63,940 nt of DNA, filler included, from an uncultured Methanoregulaceae archaeon (GCA_964530035.1; 4 parts of 4 records of this genome joined end to end with filler, not necessarily neighbours in it), one strand, 5' to 3'. Counted from the first letter of the whole stretch, positions 20,785 through 31,407 are shown. The notes: generated from the letters alone by a model not told the origin. Numbers and translations are program-made.

Positions 20785-20896
20785 ACATTCGTGGTGCCGC
20801 ATATCAAGCCTCTGTCATGAGCAGGTTGTGACCGAGAGAAATCACATGAAAATCCAAATTATTTTAAGAAATAAGGTAGTCGATGCCTCAGCCCGG

Positions 20897-20996
20897 NNNN
20901 NNNNNNNNNNNNNNNNNNNNNNNNNNNNNNNNNNNNNNNNTTAATTAATTAANNNNNNNNNNNNNNNNNNNNNNNNNNNNNNNNNNNNNNNNNNNN
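20897..20996. other. Artificial contig linker
   Basis: N44-TTAATTAATTAA-N44; stops in all six frames; identical at three positions. Confidence 0.95.
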
Positions 20997-21249
20997 AGCG
21001 CATTTCGGCCATGACCGCGACTTCATGTCCGTTCAGGTTGGCAGCAATCCCGAACGCCTCGTCAGCCACTGAAAAAATTGCCCCCCCATGAATAACCCCG
21101 TTCACATTCCGTGTCCCTGCTATCGGGATTGAAACGCAGACCTCTCCGTTTGTAATTGACTCAACCTTCATCCCGCACAGTCTTGGGAACTCCGCGTTCG
21201 AAAACCTGTTCGCAACCTCCCACCACCCTGCCTCTTCCTGACGGTCCAT
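20997..21249 (-). CDS. PaaI family thioesterase, 3' truncated by contig end
   Basis: NVNGVIHGGAIFSVADEAFGIAAN hot-dog fold motif. Confidence 0.8.
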
Positions 21250-21441
21250 CTCTGCCAGCACCTGTACAATACCGTGGGCGATCTGCCCCCGGGGGATTCA
21301 TTCCCTTCCCGATCTGGTCTGTCCGTGATCAGCCTGTTGCCCACAAGGGACGGGTGTTGTGGATACCTGGTGTCCTGAAAGCGCCCTTCCTGGAACGGGA
21401 AGGTCCTCATATCCTGGAAGAGGAAAAAGAGATACCTGATC

Positions 21442-23052
21442 TCAGATGACTGTTCCCGTGACCGGCACGGATGAACAGTCCGGGTTATAGAAAGGTACCT
21501 GCCACCGTTCGGCTTTCTGGCATATCCGGCTTTTTGTCACAGAAAGGGTTTCATATAGCAGGTCCTTATCAGAGCTTCCGATATAAGCGGAAGCATTCAG
21601 GAGGGGCAGTATCTGTTCAGCCTTCTTTACAGAGCCTGCTGCGCGGGCGAGGTCATCCCGGATATCCTGCAGGGGTACTCCCCCGGGTTCACCAAGATCC
21701 TTCGTGAACCGGACCGCCTCAGTAAGCGACCTGACAAAGGTTATGCCGTCCTGGAAAAATGCCCGTTCTTCAGGAGGCAATGGTGAAACCACCTCTAATA
21801 TTGTCCCCATTGTAATCTCAACACCTCTTTCATCGCCTCTTTGTACCGATTCAAGGGACTCGTGGAACAGGGTGTAAGCGCGCCTGCGGTTGTGGTCGAT
21901 AAGCGGTGCTGATGGGGGGCGGGCGAGGATGGTTTCGTCGTGGCTGATGTTCACCGTGGTATTGAGGCACACGGGCTGGAGGAACTCTGTAAGCCGTTGT
22001 GATGCGGCCGCAAGGCTTTCGTCATGTTTTCGCACGACTGCTCCTTCCTGGTCGGCTACTATACCGGCATCACTTTCGTACCAGTACAGGCTTGTCCCGG
22101 TTCCATAGAGGACGGTCTCATTGTACTGGACGATGGCCCCATGAAGTGCCCTGGTTTCATTGTCAACCTCCGCTCCCAGTGCCCTCAGGTGGTCCAGGTT
22201 TTCGGGACTTCCTACCGATACCCCCCGTATCACAAAATCATCTCCGATGAGCACGGCATCTCCCGAGGGAGATAGCTGTGCACGCTGCCCATCCGATGAA
22301 CCAACGAGAACCCAGGGATCGCCGAGGTCATCCATCGACCTGATGACCGGCTTATCGGTTCCGATCAGGATGACCGGGTTCATTCCGGAGTGTTTAAACC
22401 GGTTAAAAAGATCCTTGACTCTTTCATCACAATACTCCCCGTCCAGAGGGGGACTGAAATCCGCCGGCATGTTATGACCGGTAATTCGTATCACCTCATT
22501 CAGGAATACTTCCGTCCGGTTCACCTGGATATCACCCGCCTGAGCTTTTTGCTGTGCCTCGGGGTGTGTCAGGACCGGGACAAGGATGAAAAAGAGAAAA
22601 GCCGCGAGAATGATAAATAACAGCAGGACCCCCGCAATCATTCCTTTTGGGATGTTCTTTCCCGGCTTTTGTGGAGGTTTTGATCCCTTTTCTTCAGCCA
22701 TGGCCTTTTCAAGGTTTTCCCTGTAGGCAGATACTGACGGGCGGAGTGTAACCGCCCTTTGAAACGATCCCTCCGCCTCACGGTTCATCCCTGCCCGGTA
22801 CTGGCCAACCCCGAGGCTGTTCCAGAACCGGGGTTCTTCTGGAGTTATTTTAACGGCGTCTTCAAGAAGAGGGAGTGCAGAACGTATGTCCCCCTGTTTC
22901 AGGAGATCCGCCCCTTTCCGGTGAAGCTCCCGGGCAGTGTCCCCAGGGGATTTTCCCCCGGGGGTCTCCGGGTTGTTTTCCTGACCACAGACAGGACAAA
23001 AGCGGCACTCATCCCGCATTTCAGTCTTGCAGATCTTACATATGTCGCCCAA
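21442..23052 (-). CDS. Zn-ribbon + TPR + single TM membrane protein
   Basis: CKICK..CRFCPVCG, TPR helices (FWNSLGVGQYRAG), TM segment (IAGVLLLFIILAAFLFFILVPVL). Confidence 0.7.
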   Translation of the reverse strand: MGDICKICKTEMRDECRFCPVCGQENNPETPGGKSPGDTARELHRKGADLLKQGDIRSALPLLEDAVKITPEEPRFWNSLGVGQYRAGMNREAEGSFQRAVTLRPSVSAYRENLEKAMAEEKGSKPPQKPGKNIPKGMIAGVLLLFIILAAFLFFILVPVLTHPEAQQKAQAGDIQVNRTEVFLNEVIRITGHNMPADFSPPLDGEYCDERVKDLFNRFKHSGMNPVILIGTDKPVIRSMDDLGDPWVLVGSSDGQRAQLSPSGDAVLIGDDFVIRGVSVGSPENLDHLRALGAEVDNETRALHGAIVQYNETVLYGTGTSLYWYESDAGIVADQEGAVVRKHDESLAAASQRLTEFLQPVCLNTTVNISHDETILARPPSAPLIDHNRRRAYTLFHESLESVQRGDERGVEITMGTILEVVSPLPPEERAFFQDGITFVRSLTEAVRFTKDLGEPGGVPLQDIRDDLARAAGSVKKAEQILPLLNASAYIGSSDKDLLYETLSVTKSRICQKAERWQVPFYNPDCSSVPVTGTVI

Positions 23053-23126
23053 GGCTGACCTCCAGGAGAAACCAGGCTCCTATTGTTGGTGTTTCCTGTG
23101 ATAAAAGGTCTACAGAGGACACCGGC

Positions 23127-23834
23127 TCATACATCCCTGCCCATGAGCAGGCGGGTGGCGTATTCGTGGTCGATCCTGTGGGTCGGGGACTCGCGGTCCA
23201 GGTCATCGCATAATGGTGCGAACTTTTCACAGGCTTCGAGGTAGACCGTTTCGCGGGGTATCAGGACGATCTGTGATTCGTGGTGGCCACGGAACAGCCT
23301 GAAACGGAGGACCTCGCGTTCATCGTCCGTGACTGACAGGTCTTCGAAAAAGACTTCGAAGGGCCCTTCTTGTTTTTCCTCCCGGTGACGAAGCTCGATG
23401 AAATACGATAATAGTTCAATGATGCGGTCGTCCAGTCCGGCTTCGAATACGAGGATTTTTTCAAGCATACGGTCATATGCGTTGACAATCCTGGTCCGGT
23501 ACTGGTGCTGGGTGCCTTCAATCATGGATGCATATGCAGGGGGAACGATACCTTTGCCCATGAAGACCTCGAAGATGTGAGCGGTATCATCACTAAGTGC
23601 ATCAGTACTGTCAAGGAGGATGAGGAACCGGAGTGCCATGTCATGGTAGAACATGGGCACAGGCAGGAAACCCGTGCTTCCGCACCGTTCGCAGGTCGCG
23701 ATATTAAGCCCGTGTCCGAACAGCTCCCCCCGTAGCTCCGGGTTGATAGTCACGTTGACCGAACGGTAAAACTCAACGCTCTGGAGGTGCCCGCATCGGG
23801 GACACGACATTTCAGTCATTTCACTGGATGTCAT
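23127..23834 (-). CDS. CpXC domain-containing protein
   Basis: CPRCGH..SVNVT..ELRGELF..CERCG..FYHD and YRTRIV..LEKILVFEAGLDDRIIE. Confidence 0.8.
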   Translation of the reverse strand: MTSSEMTEMSCPRCGHLQSVEFYRSVNVTINPELRGELFGHGLNIATCERCGSTGFLPVPMFYHDMALRFLILLDSTDALSDDTAHIFEVFMGKGIVPPAYASMIEGTQHQYRTRIVNAYDRMLEKILVFEAGLDDRIIELLSYFIELRHREEKQEGPFEVFFEDLSVTDDEREVLRFRLFRGHHESQIVLIPRETVYLEACEKFAPLCDDLDRESPTHRIDHEYATRLLMGRDV

Positions 23835-24103
23835 GTGATCTCGGTATCCCCTCGTATTCTGTTTCTGAGGAAGCTGCTACATGGCGAATGGTTCTTGAAT
23901 GTCATTGTTCTTCCGGATTGCATCAGGTACAGACCGTATTGACCAGGCCGAGCCTAGTGATTGTTATCATTTTCTGAAGGTGGAAATGTCGTAATCCCCC
24001 CGCTGCAGTTTTTGGAGGATAGGGGTGTCTGGTCCAGAGACATCCCATAGGGAAAAGAACTGCACTCCATCAGTCTTTTGTAAGAACGCGTCATAGCATT
24101 CTC

Positions 24104-25030
24104 GTGGACTCCCTATCCCACGCATTCACCGCATTCATTTTCATGTCGGTCCTGTCCCCGGATTTCATTCCCATGGCAGTGTTTGGGGCGGTAATCCCGG
24201 ATATTGATATTCTCCTTGTCCGTTACACCAACCGTCATCCAGAAACGTATATTTTTACCCATGGTGGTTTTACCCACAGTATCATCGGCTGTCTTTCCCT
24301 GTGTATAGTTGCGTTCCTGCCGTTCACACTGGTCTGGCAGGTCACTTCAGGCAGTTCCCTGGTTACGGAACAGACTGCACCAGTCTTTGGCGCCATGGTG
24401 CTCGGAGCGCTGACCCACGTCTTTTTTGATTTCCTGGCGTATCCTGGAATCCCGCTCACCTATCCCCTGACCGATACCAAGATGACCGCAGGTATCTTTC
24501 CCGGCCCGCCTCTCCCCCTCTTTGCCCTCTCACTCTTTGCCCTTGTATGGTCCGTCCTTGGTGCAGCCCCGGGCCTGGTAATATCCTTTTTCTGTGTCCT
24601 CTTCTGTGTGTATACCGGTGCAATGGTTGCGCTGAAGGTTGTAGCTGTCATCAGGATACCCGGAAGGACCATACCCACCCTCAACCCTCTCCACTGGCTG
24701 GCACTTGAGATCAGCACCATTACATGCACGATCAGGAAATGGGACCTCATTCTGGGTCCCGGGGATAAAAGAGTGTATCAACGTCGCCAGGGCGTGACCA
24801 GCAGTGACCTTGCCGGGATGATGAACCTGCCCGAGGTCAGGAGGATGGTTTACACATCCTATGCCGTCGTAGCCTCGGGAACGGAAGACCGGGTCACCCT
24901 CCGTGACCCTCTCCGCTCAGATGGATTCATCCCCTATCCCCCCTGGTTTCTGGAACTGGAGGTCCCTGTTGCTGCCATGAAAAGAAACGGGGAGCACCCT
25001 GCTTCAAACCAGGAGAACCAGGGCTCCTGA
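24104..25030 (+). CDS. Membrane-bound metal-dependent hydrolase (YdjM-like)
   Basis: DSLSH, IPDIDI, THGGFTHS, THVFFD motifs with several TMs. Confidence 0.82.
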   Translation: MDSLSHAFTAFIFMSVLSPDFIPMAVFGAVIPDIDILLVRYTNRHPETYIFTHGGFTHSIIGCLSLCIVAFLPFTLVWQVTSGSSLVTEQTAPVFGAMVLGALTHVFFDFLAYPGIPLTYPLTDTKMTAGIFPGPPLPLFALSLFALVWSVLGAAPGLVISFFCVLFCVYTGAMVALKVVAVIRIPGRTIPTLNPLHWLALEISTITCTIRKWDLILGPGDKRVYQRRQGVTSSDLAGMMNLPEVRRMVYTSYAVVASGTEDRVTLRDPLRSDGFIPYPPWFLELEVPVAAMKRNGEHPASNQENQGS

Positions 25031-25165
25031 CAGGTTGGATGCCGGGTAACACAGCCCGTAGGCCCCTGACACGGAAAGATACCGGGATATGGACCTGTAA
25101 TGAAGATGTCCCTTTTCCGCTGCTTTCCTGGCAGCACCGTGAAGCCAGATGACCAGCGCGCGGGC

Positions 25166-26257
25166 TCATGGCGCAGTGCGATCGATTTCAAGGGGTTTTT
25201 TCGCATAATGGAGTGTGAAGAGGTCCATGAACTCGTCGGCATATGTGGAGACATCACACTGGAGGTCAAATTCGTCCTGGAACGCCTGATCAAAAAGCAA
25301 CTGCCACTGGGCGCGTGTCATGTGGTAGTCTGTCCGGGAACCCCGTGGTTCAGTCAGGATCGAGATAAGCTCGGTGATAAGGAAGTTATCGACACATGCG
25401 CAGGCAATTTCCGGGTCGGCGTCATGGGAAAAGACGAAGTCGATGATTCTCCCGTAGGCCTGGTAGACGGAGTATGCCAGTTCCGGTGAGCCAAGTTCCG
25501 GTGAATCATGATTTGCGTCCATCTCAAACAGGATAAAATGGTCGAATGCGTGTTTCAGCCGTTCCAGGTGGGTGAGCTTGTCCTGAAACGGCATGTGGTG
25601 ATAGGCGAGGGAACTGATGGCGATGTCGTAATGTCCTGGAATCGCAAGGGAAGCCTCCTGGATCCGGTTGTTCATCGTCTGCACGGATGCCCCGGGCAGG
25701 ACAGACCCCAGTGTTTTTCCGGCCAGTTCAAGCATGGCATGAGAAGAGTCAACAAGAAGGACGGATTCTACAAAGGGAGCATTTCCACATGCCAGGAGTG
25801 CCTGGACGAAGGTAGCGGTGAGCCCTCCATCCCCGCACCCCAGGTCCATGACCTTCACAGGACCAGGAAAACGTGGCAGGGTCCGCATGCTGGCTGTAAT
25901 GAACCCTGACCGCGAATTTTTCATGACCGGGACGCCGGTGAAATGGATAAAGGGGCGAGGGTCTTCAAAAGCGACCGCTGGTTTCCTGAAAGCCCCCTTC
26001 TGGCGCTCAAGGAATCCCAGGAGAAAACCGTTTGAAAAGAGGCCCGTATCCTCGGACACCGCCCCGGCTGAAAACCATCTTCTGCCATCGCTTACCCGTC
26101 CGGAAGCTGATAGACGGGATCCAATGAAAAAACAGAGCGCAGGGAATAAGTCGTCCTTGACTTCCGACCGTGCGTCTTCAGGGGCAATATTCCCATTCTC
26201 GGCCTTGGCAGCCAGGCGGGACCAGGTCTCCCTGTCCTGTGTGGAGAGAAAAAACAT
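25166..26257 (-). CDS. Class I SAM-dependent methyltransferase with extra N-terminal region
   Basis: VMDLGCGDG motif I, LVDSSHAML, YDIAISSLAYHHM. Confidence 0.82.
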   Translation of the reverse strand: MFFLSTQDRETWSRLAAKAENGNIAPEDARSEVKDDLFPALCFFIGSRLSASGRVSDGRRWFSAGAVSEDTGLFSNGFLLGFLERQKGAFRKPAVAFEDPRPFIHFTGVPVMKNSRSGFITASMRTLPRFPGPVKVMDLGCGDGGLTATFVQALLACGNAPFVESVLLVDSSHAMLELAGKTLGSVLPGASVQTMNNRIQEASLAIPGHYDIAISSLAYHHMPFQDKLTHLERLKHAFDHFILFEMDANHDSPELGSPELAYSVYQAYGRIIDFVFSHDADPEIACACVDNFLITELISILTEPRGSRTDYHMTRAQWQLLFDQAFQDEFDLQCDVSTYADEFMDLFTLHYAKKPLEIDRTAP

Positions 26258-26363
26258 ACTGCCATGATATCATCCCTATGACCGGATTAGGGTTATCCGT
26301 CCTGGCAGACCGTATCAGGAAAAAAACGGGGATGTTTCCTGGCAGGAATGGGCCCTGTTATTG

Positions 26364-28406
26364 TTATGATGATTTTTCGAGGACAGTTACCATGTCCGGC
26401 CGCTCGATGATACTGCTCCCGTCTTTGTTGGATACCGCCAGGGATATGGTATAGTTGCCCGGCGCCCCGTACCTATGGGCCGGGCTCTGCTCCCTGGAAA
26501 CGGACCCGTCTCCAAACGACCAGTACCAGGAGTCAGGATTCCCTGTCGAGTGGTCGGTGAATGAAACAGTCAGGGGAGACTGACCCGACCGCGGGTCTGC
26601 GGTGAAATCTGCATGGGGAAGGGGAGGTGCCTGGGGCGGTGGCAGGATGAGGAGGAGTCCGGCAGTCCCCCCCGGTGAGAGGTCCGTCACGGTCTCCGCA
26701 CTCCTGTTGTCGGACATTATCACCCGTACCGTGTGGTTTCCCGCTGGAACTCCCGGTATTGTAGCATTTGTGACAAAGGGTGTTTTTACGCCATCAAGGA
26801 CGATTGAACCTCCCGGAGGGACCGAAGAGACGGCAAGCGTCCCGCCTGGGGGAGTTACCTGTTCCAGGACTGCCCCGTACACCGCAAGATCCCATGGCCT
26901 GACCGGGATGGTCCCTGTAACTGCCGTGTATCCTGGTTTTTCGATTCGGATGGCATGGATGCCTGGCTTGATGCCACTGAAGGTGCCGTTTGTCGCTGAC
27001 TGTTCCAGGGCCCCGTCAATGAACACAGATGCATTGTCAGGGACAGACCAGGCCGCGACCGAGCCTGTTGCATTACCGAGAGCTATTGAGAGACTCCGGT
27101 TCAGGTTGGCACGACCTCCGGTGACCGTCCGGTTATTCAGGGAGGGGACAGGATCACTCCCCCAGAGGACCATCTCCTTGATCGCCCGGTTGTCCGCATC
27201 AGGCCTGGCCCCCTTGAGAATCGCGGTCATTCCAGCGATGAAAGGGCTTGCAACCGAGGTCCCGTCGGCATAGACATACCCTTCATGCGGGGAGGTTGTG
27301 AAAATTCCAAGTCCGGGAGCCCCAAGGTCCACGGTATTCCTTCCGTAATTCGACCCTTCCCCGTGGCTGCCAAAGACTGCGAGGACGTCGGAGGGGTCAG
27401 TGGCCGCGACCGAGATGATGTTTTCGCAGTCGAACCCGGAAGGGTAGTGTTCGACTTCATCGGTGTCCTGGGCCTCATTTCCCGCCGAACAAACAAATAT
27501 TGCCCCGGACCGGCTCATGGTATCGCGGAGGATTTCTGCCTTTGCGTCCTTTGGGAGCCTCCAGGCAAAACTGACTACAGAAGCATTGTTGCGGGTTGCA
27601 TACTGGACGGCGGCTATGGCGTCGTCATAGAAGCCGCCCGAACTGTTGAAAGCCTTGACTGCCATGAGGGAAGAATTCCAGCTCGTACCGGCAATGCCAA
27701 CTGCGTTGTTTCCGGTCGCTCCAATGACTCCTGCAGTCATCGTCCCGTGACCTCCTCCGAGGTCGGCAGGAATGTCGTCCATCGGGTCAGGGTCATCATC
27801 AGCGACGTCCCACCCGGTTACATCGTCGACATAACCGTTTCCGTCGTCATCAATCCCATTTGCGGGAACCTCTCCTAGGTTATGCCATATCGCCCCTGCA
27901 AGGTCGGGATGAGTGTAGTCGACCCCGGTGTCGATGACCGCGATGACCACGCCCGGACCGCTCCTGTTTACAAGGTCCCATGCCGCAGGAGCATCGATAT
28001 CGGCACCGGTCACGGTGTTGAGCAATCCCCACTGTTTGAAAAACAGGGGGTCGTCCGGGATAGCCTCGAGTTCCAGGCGGTAATTCGGCTCGGCATACCT
28101 GATGTGAGGGTTCTGCAGGTAATAGGAGAGTGCCTGGTCCTCAGTGACATTGTCAGGGAGGGAGATACGGTATACTCCGGGGAGCCCGAGCGCTCCGTAA
28201 CTCCGGGAGACCTTCGCTCCGATGACGTCATTGACATGTTTGAGACCCATGCTCTCCATGGACTTGCCCTCAGGTCCCGGAGCGTACTGGATGAGGATCT
28301 CCCCTCCCTGCACGGAATAGTCTGTGCTGGTATCCGTTGCCATCGCCGGCATAACGGTCATAATGATGACAGCTACCAGAACAACCGCGCTTCCGAGTCG
28401 GATCAA
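26364..28406 (-). CDS. Secreted S8 subtilisin-like protease with two PEGA and one PKD domain
   Basis: Signal peptide, IAVIDTG / HGTMTAG / GTSVASP, PEGA (SVPDNASVFIDG; SVPPGGSIVLDG), PKD (WSFGDG..SPAHRY). Confidence 0.9.
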   Translation of the reverse strand: MIRLGSAVVLVAVIIMTVMPAMATDTSTDYSVQGGEILIQYAPGPEGKSMESMGLKHVNDVIGAKVSRSYGALGLPGVYRISLPDNVTEDQALSYYLQNPHIRYAEPNYRLELEAIPDDPLFFKQWGLLNTVTGADIDAPAAWDLVNRSGPGVVIAVIDTGVDYTHPDLAGAIWHNLGEVPANGIDDDGNGYVDDVTGWDVADDDPDPMDDIPADLGGGHGTMTAGVIGATGNNAVGIAGTSWNSSLMAVKAFNSSGGFYDDAIAAVQYATRNNASVVSFAWRLPKDAKAEILRDTMSRSGAIFVCSAGNEAQDTDEVEHYPSGFDCENIISVAATDPSDVLAVFGSHGEGSNYGRNTVDLGAPGLGIFTTSPHEGYVYADGTSVASPFIAGMTAILKGARPDADNRAIKEMVLWGSDPVPSLNNRTVTGGRANLNRSLSIALGNATGSVAAWSVPDNASVFIDGALEQSATNGTFSGIKPGIHAIRIEKPGYTAVTGTIPVRPWDLAVYGAVLEQVTPPGGTLAVSSVPPGGSIVLDGVKTPFVTNATIPGVPAGNHTVRVIMSDNRSAETVTDLSPGGTAGLLLILPPPQAPPLPHADFTADPRSGQSPLTVSFTDHSTGNPDSWYWSFGDGSVSREQSPAHRYGAPGNYTISLAVSNKDGSSIIERPDMVTVLEKSS

Positions 28407-28585
28407 GGAATTATCAGCCTGATTGTGTGCTTTTTCAGTATAAAAGCATGATACCTGTATTTTCCGTAACCGCCCTCATGGAAGGCTTGAACCATCATAG
28501 TCAGGCAGGAATCGGGGCGGGACAGATATGGATTACATCATTTTCTCATCCATGCGCTCTAAAATTTGATATTATTGGTATCTGC

Positions 28586-29080
28586 CTACATTTCTGTGAT
28601 GATGTATGCCGGGATGAGCCACTCCAGGGTTCCTGAAAAGACACCCTCGGTGCTCACATCCCGGACCTTCGCTACCGACCCCTTTCCAAGTACAACCGAT
28701 GCATTCGAGGAGACCGCCGTCAGGTTCCCCACGAGGTCGGAAAGCATGGGTTCATGCCCTACGATCAGGACAGAGGCGCAGTCCCTGCAATCAATGAGAT
28801 TCTTGCGGAGGTCCTGTCGGTTTCCGCCTGTCGAAAGGCACTCCCAGGCCTCCATCGGCGGGTGCGGGTCCTGTTCAGCGGCGATGATCTCGGCTGTCTC
28901 CCACGCCCGCGGCAGGGGGCTGGAGGCTATCACGTCCCATGAAACATCTGCCTTTTTCAGCCACCGTGCAATCATCCTCATCTCCGCCCGGCCCTTTTTT
29001 GTCAGCCTGCGGGCGTTGTCCTCGAGGAGGTCGGATGTACTTTTACCCGCCTTACCATGTCGCACTATATAGAGATCCAT
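28586..29080 (-). CDS. sixA: Phosphohistidine phosphatase SixA family
   Basis: LYIVRHGKA, RRLTKKG, SSPLPRAWETA, LIVGHEP. Confidence 0.85.
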   Translation of the reverse strand: MDLYIVRHGKAGKSTSDLLEDNARRLTKKGRAEMRMIARWLKKADVSWDVIASSPLPRAWETAEIIAAEQDPHPPMEAWECLSTGGNRQDLRKNLIDCRDCASVLIVGHEPMLSDLVGNLTAVSSNASVVLGKGSVAKVRDVSTEGVFSGTLEWLIPAYIITEM

Positions 29081-29398
29081 TAACCATCGATCCGTGTTGA
29101 ACGTGGTTGAACATTGCGGCAGTCTGCTTGATCAGGCATAGCTGACCGGGTGAGGAAAACCGGTGCTCCCCCTGTGTATCCGGTGGGTTGAAAACGGTAT
29201 GAAGGTGGAGAACAAACCCGGGGCGCTGTTTTCGTGTCATAACCACCCTTCGTTCTCTCTTATAAATCTCCCCCATATTCGGCAGAACGAGGATGTCTGT
29301 CTGGTCCGGGGTCCTGGAGGTGCCGCGTTCATGACGGGAAAGAAGGGACCCGTCCCATTCAGTAACTATTACTCCCTGAAAGGGGTACAAGGAATGGA

Positions 29399-30556
29399 AT
29401 GAAGAATCCCTTCCACGTCATGCTCATCCCGACACTTGGGTGCCCTTCAAAATGCAGCTACTGCTGGAGCAGCGATGAACAGTCCCCGGTCATGAGCATA
29501 GATACCGTCAGGGACGTTGTCGAATGGCTGAAGGACTACCGCAATGACCGTGTCACCTTTACCTTCCATGGTGGGGAACCCCTCCTCGCCGGTGCCGGTT
29601 TTTATCGCGAGGCACTCCCGCTCCTCTCCGAAGGGCTTTTCCATCTCCAGCCGGATTTCGCGATACAGTCGAACCTATGGAGACTCACACCTGAAATCGC
29701 CGAAGTACTCTCCCGGTACTCGGTGCCGGTTGGTTCCAGCATCGACGGCCCGGAGGAGATAAACGACCTCCAGAGGGGACGGGGATATTTTAAAAAGACC
29801 ATGAAGGGATATGAGATCGCTCGGGAACACGGCTTGTCCGTGCGGTTCATCTGTACGTTCACCTCGCAGTCAGTACAGTCCAAAGAGCAGATATTCCGTT
29901 TTTTCCTTGAAAACGGCTTTGCCATGAAGCTCCACCCCGCCCTGCCCTCCTTAAAAAGCAATACGCCCGGAGAATATGCCCTGAGCCCTGAAGAATACGG
30001 TGAACTTCTGGTCTACCTCCTTGACAGGTACCTCGAACACCTGGGAGAGATCGAGGTCATGAATATCAACGACCTGTGCCGGTGTGTCTTCACCCGGAGG
30101 GGAAGTGTGTGCACATTTGTTGACTGCATGGGAAACACCCTGGCCGTCGGTCCTGACGGGAACATCTACCCATGCTACCGGTTTATCGGAATGCCGGAGT
30201 ATATCATGGGAAACGTGGCTACACACCCGTCCAGGGAAGACCTTGCTTCGTCGGGTGCATGGAAGCGGATGGAGCACTACAGGGAGGTCGTCGATAAAAA
30301 ATGCGGGGACTGCTCCCATATCAGGTACTGCCGTGGTGGATGCCCATACAACGCCATCGCATCAACAGGCGGGGAAATGACTGGTGTGGACCCCCACTGT
30401 GTTGCTTACAGAAGGATATTTGATGAACTGAACGACCGCCTCAACCGCGAGATGTTCGAGGGGCCGGGCATTGAGGCCGCAGCACTGCAGGGTGAGGCAG
30501 GAACTGCGCGGAAGGCAGGTATAATGGACCTCATCCGGGTAGTCGTCACCAAATAA
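29399..30556 (+). CDS. Radical SAM/SPASM enzyme, methanogen putative peptide-modifying family (TIGR04083-like)
   Basis: FHVMLIPTLGCPSKCSYC (CxxxCxxC), FHGGEPLL, SIDGP, SPASM cysteines (CTFVDC, GNIYPC, CGDCSHIRYCRGGC, DPHC). Confidence 0.88.
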   Translation: MKNPFHVMLIPTLGCPSKCSYCWSSDEQSPVMSIDTVRDVVEWLKDYRNDRVTFTFHGGEPLLAGAGFYREALPLLSEGLFHLQPDFAIQSNLWRLTPEIAEVLSRYSVPVGSSIDGPEEINDLQRGRGYFKKTMKGYEIAREHGLSVRFICTFTSQSVQSKEQIFRFFLENGFAMKLHPALPSLKSNTPGEYALSPEEYGELLVYLLDRYLEHLGEIEVMNINDLCRCVFTRRGSVCTFVDCMGNTLAVGPDGNIYPCYRFIGMPEYIMGNVATHPSREDLASSGAWKRMEHYREVVDKKCGDCSHIRYCRGGCPYNAIASTGGEMTGVDPHCVAYRRIFDELNDRLNREMFEGPGIEAAALQGEAGTARKAGIMDLIRVVVTK

Positions 30557-30609
30557 AGCCCGGGGAAATCGCCTGCGGAATCCGGGATGACTTCACCCAG
30601 TTTCAATCT

Positions 30610-31407
30610 CTATTCGTCTTGCAGGCAGGCGCAGGGTGCCGGTTCCTGGCCATGATGGATGGGGGGCATATCTTTCTGGAGTGTCTGGGTAGGCAGCGGC
30701 TTTGCACCATTGGTGTAATTCTTCCTGGTATAGGTGTACCTGTCCGAGACGCCCCCCTGGAGGACAATCATATACCATTCGAAAAGGGTCCTGAAAAACC
30801 CGAACTCCTCGTACCGCCTGAAATCAAATCCGACCCTCATGGAGGGATTGAACGCAACCCTCCCCATCCGCCTCATCCTGACTGCGATCTCGAGGTCGTC
30901 ACCTGCATCGACCGTGTGATACATCCCCGCCCTCATGAAGGCGTCCTTCCTGAATGCCGTGTTACAGCCGAGTGTATAGTAATAAAACCGTGTTACCGCC
31001 CCAAACCAGGTAAGAGTGTTGAAAAGGAGGGTATAACGCCTGTTACGGGGTGTGTTGGAGACAGGCCGTATCGGGCCGAAGGCAAGGACGACGGCCGGAT
31101 CGCTGAAACCTTTCAGGGTCTCTTCGATCCACCGTTCGTCTGCGATGGAATCGGCATCGGTTGTGACGACGATGTCATATTTGGCCCGGCAGATCCCGTC
31201 ATTTCTTGCACCGCCTACCCGCTCGGATTTCTGGATGAATACCAGGTCTGCATATTCCCCGGCTATCTCACGGGTGCGGTCTTTTGACCCTCCGTCAACC
31301 ACGATTATTTCGTACTCGCTGCGCGGGACAGTCTGGCGGGTGAGGACGCGGAGGCAGTCACCAATCCGTTCCTGTTCGTTATATGCAGGTATGATGACAG
31401 ATATCAT
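30610..31407 (-). CDS. GT2 family glycosyltransferase
   Basis: ISVIIPAYNE, IIVVDGGSKD, GGARNDG, TDADS, GDDLE. Confidence 0.9.
   Translation of the reverse strand: MISVIIPAYNEQERIGDCLRVLTRQTVPRSEYEIIVVDGGSKDRTREIAGEYADLVFIQKSERVGGARNDGICRAKYDIVVTTDADSIADERWIEETLKGFSDPAVVLAFGPIRPVSNTPRNRRYTLLFNTLTWFGAVTRFYYYTLGCNTAFRKDAFMRAGMYHTVDAGDDLEIAVRMRRMGRVAFNPSMRVGFDFRRYEEFGFFRTLFEWYMIVLQGGVSDRYTYTRKNYTNGAKPLPTQTLQKDMPPIHHGQEPAPCACLQDE

Noticed and set aside
20941..20952. TTAATTAATTAA palindrome repeated three times in the window
   Set aside because: Centred in N runs; artificial scaffold linker, not a biological site
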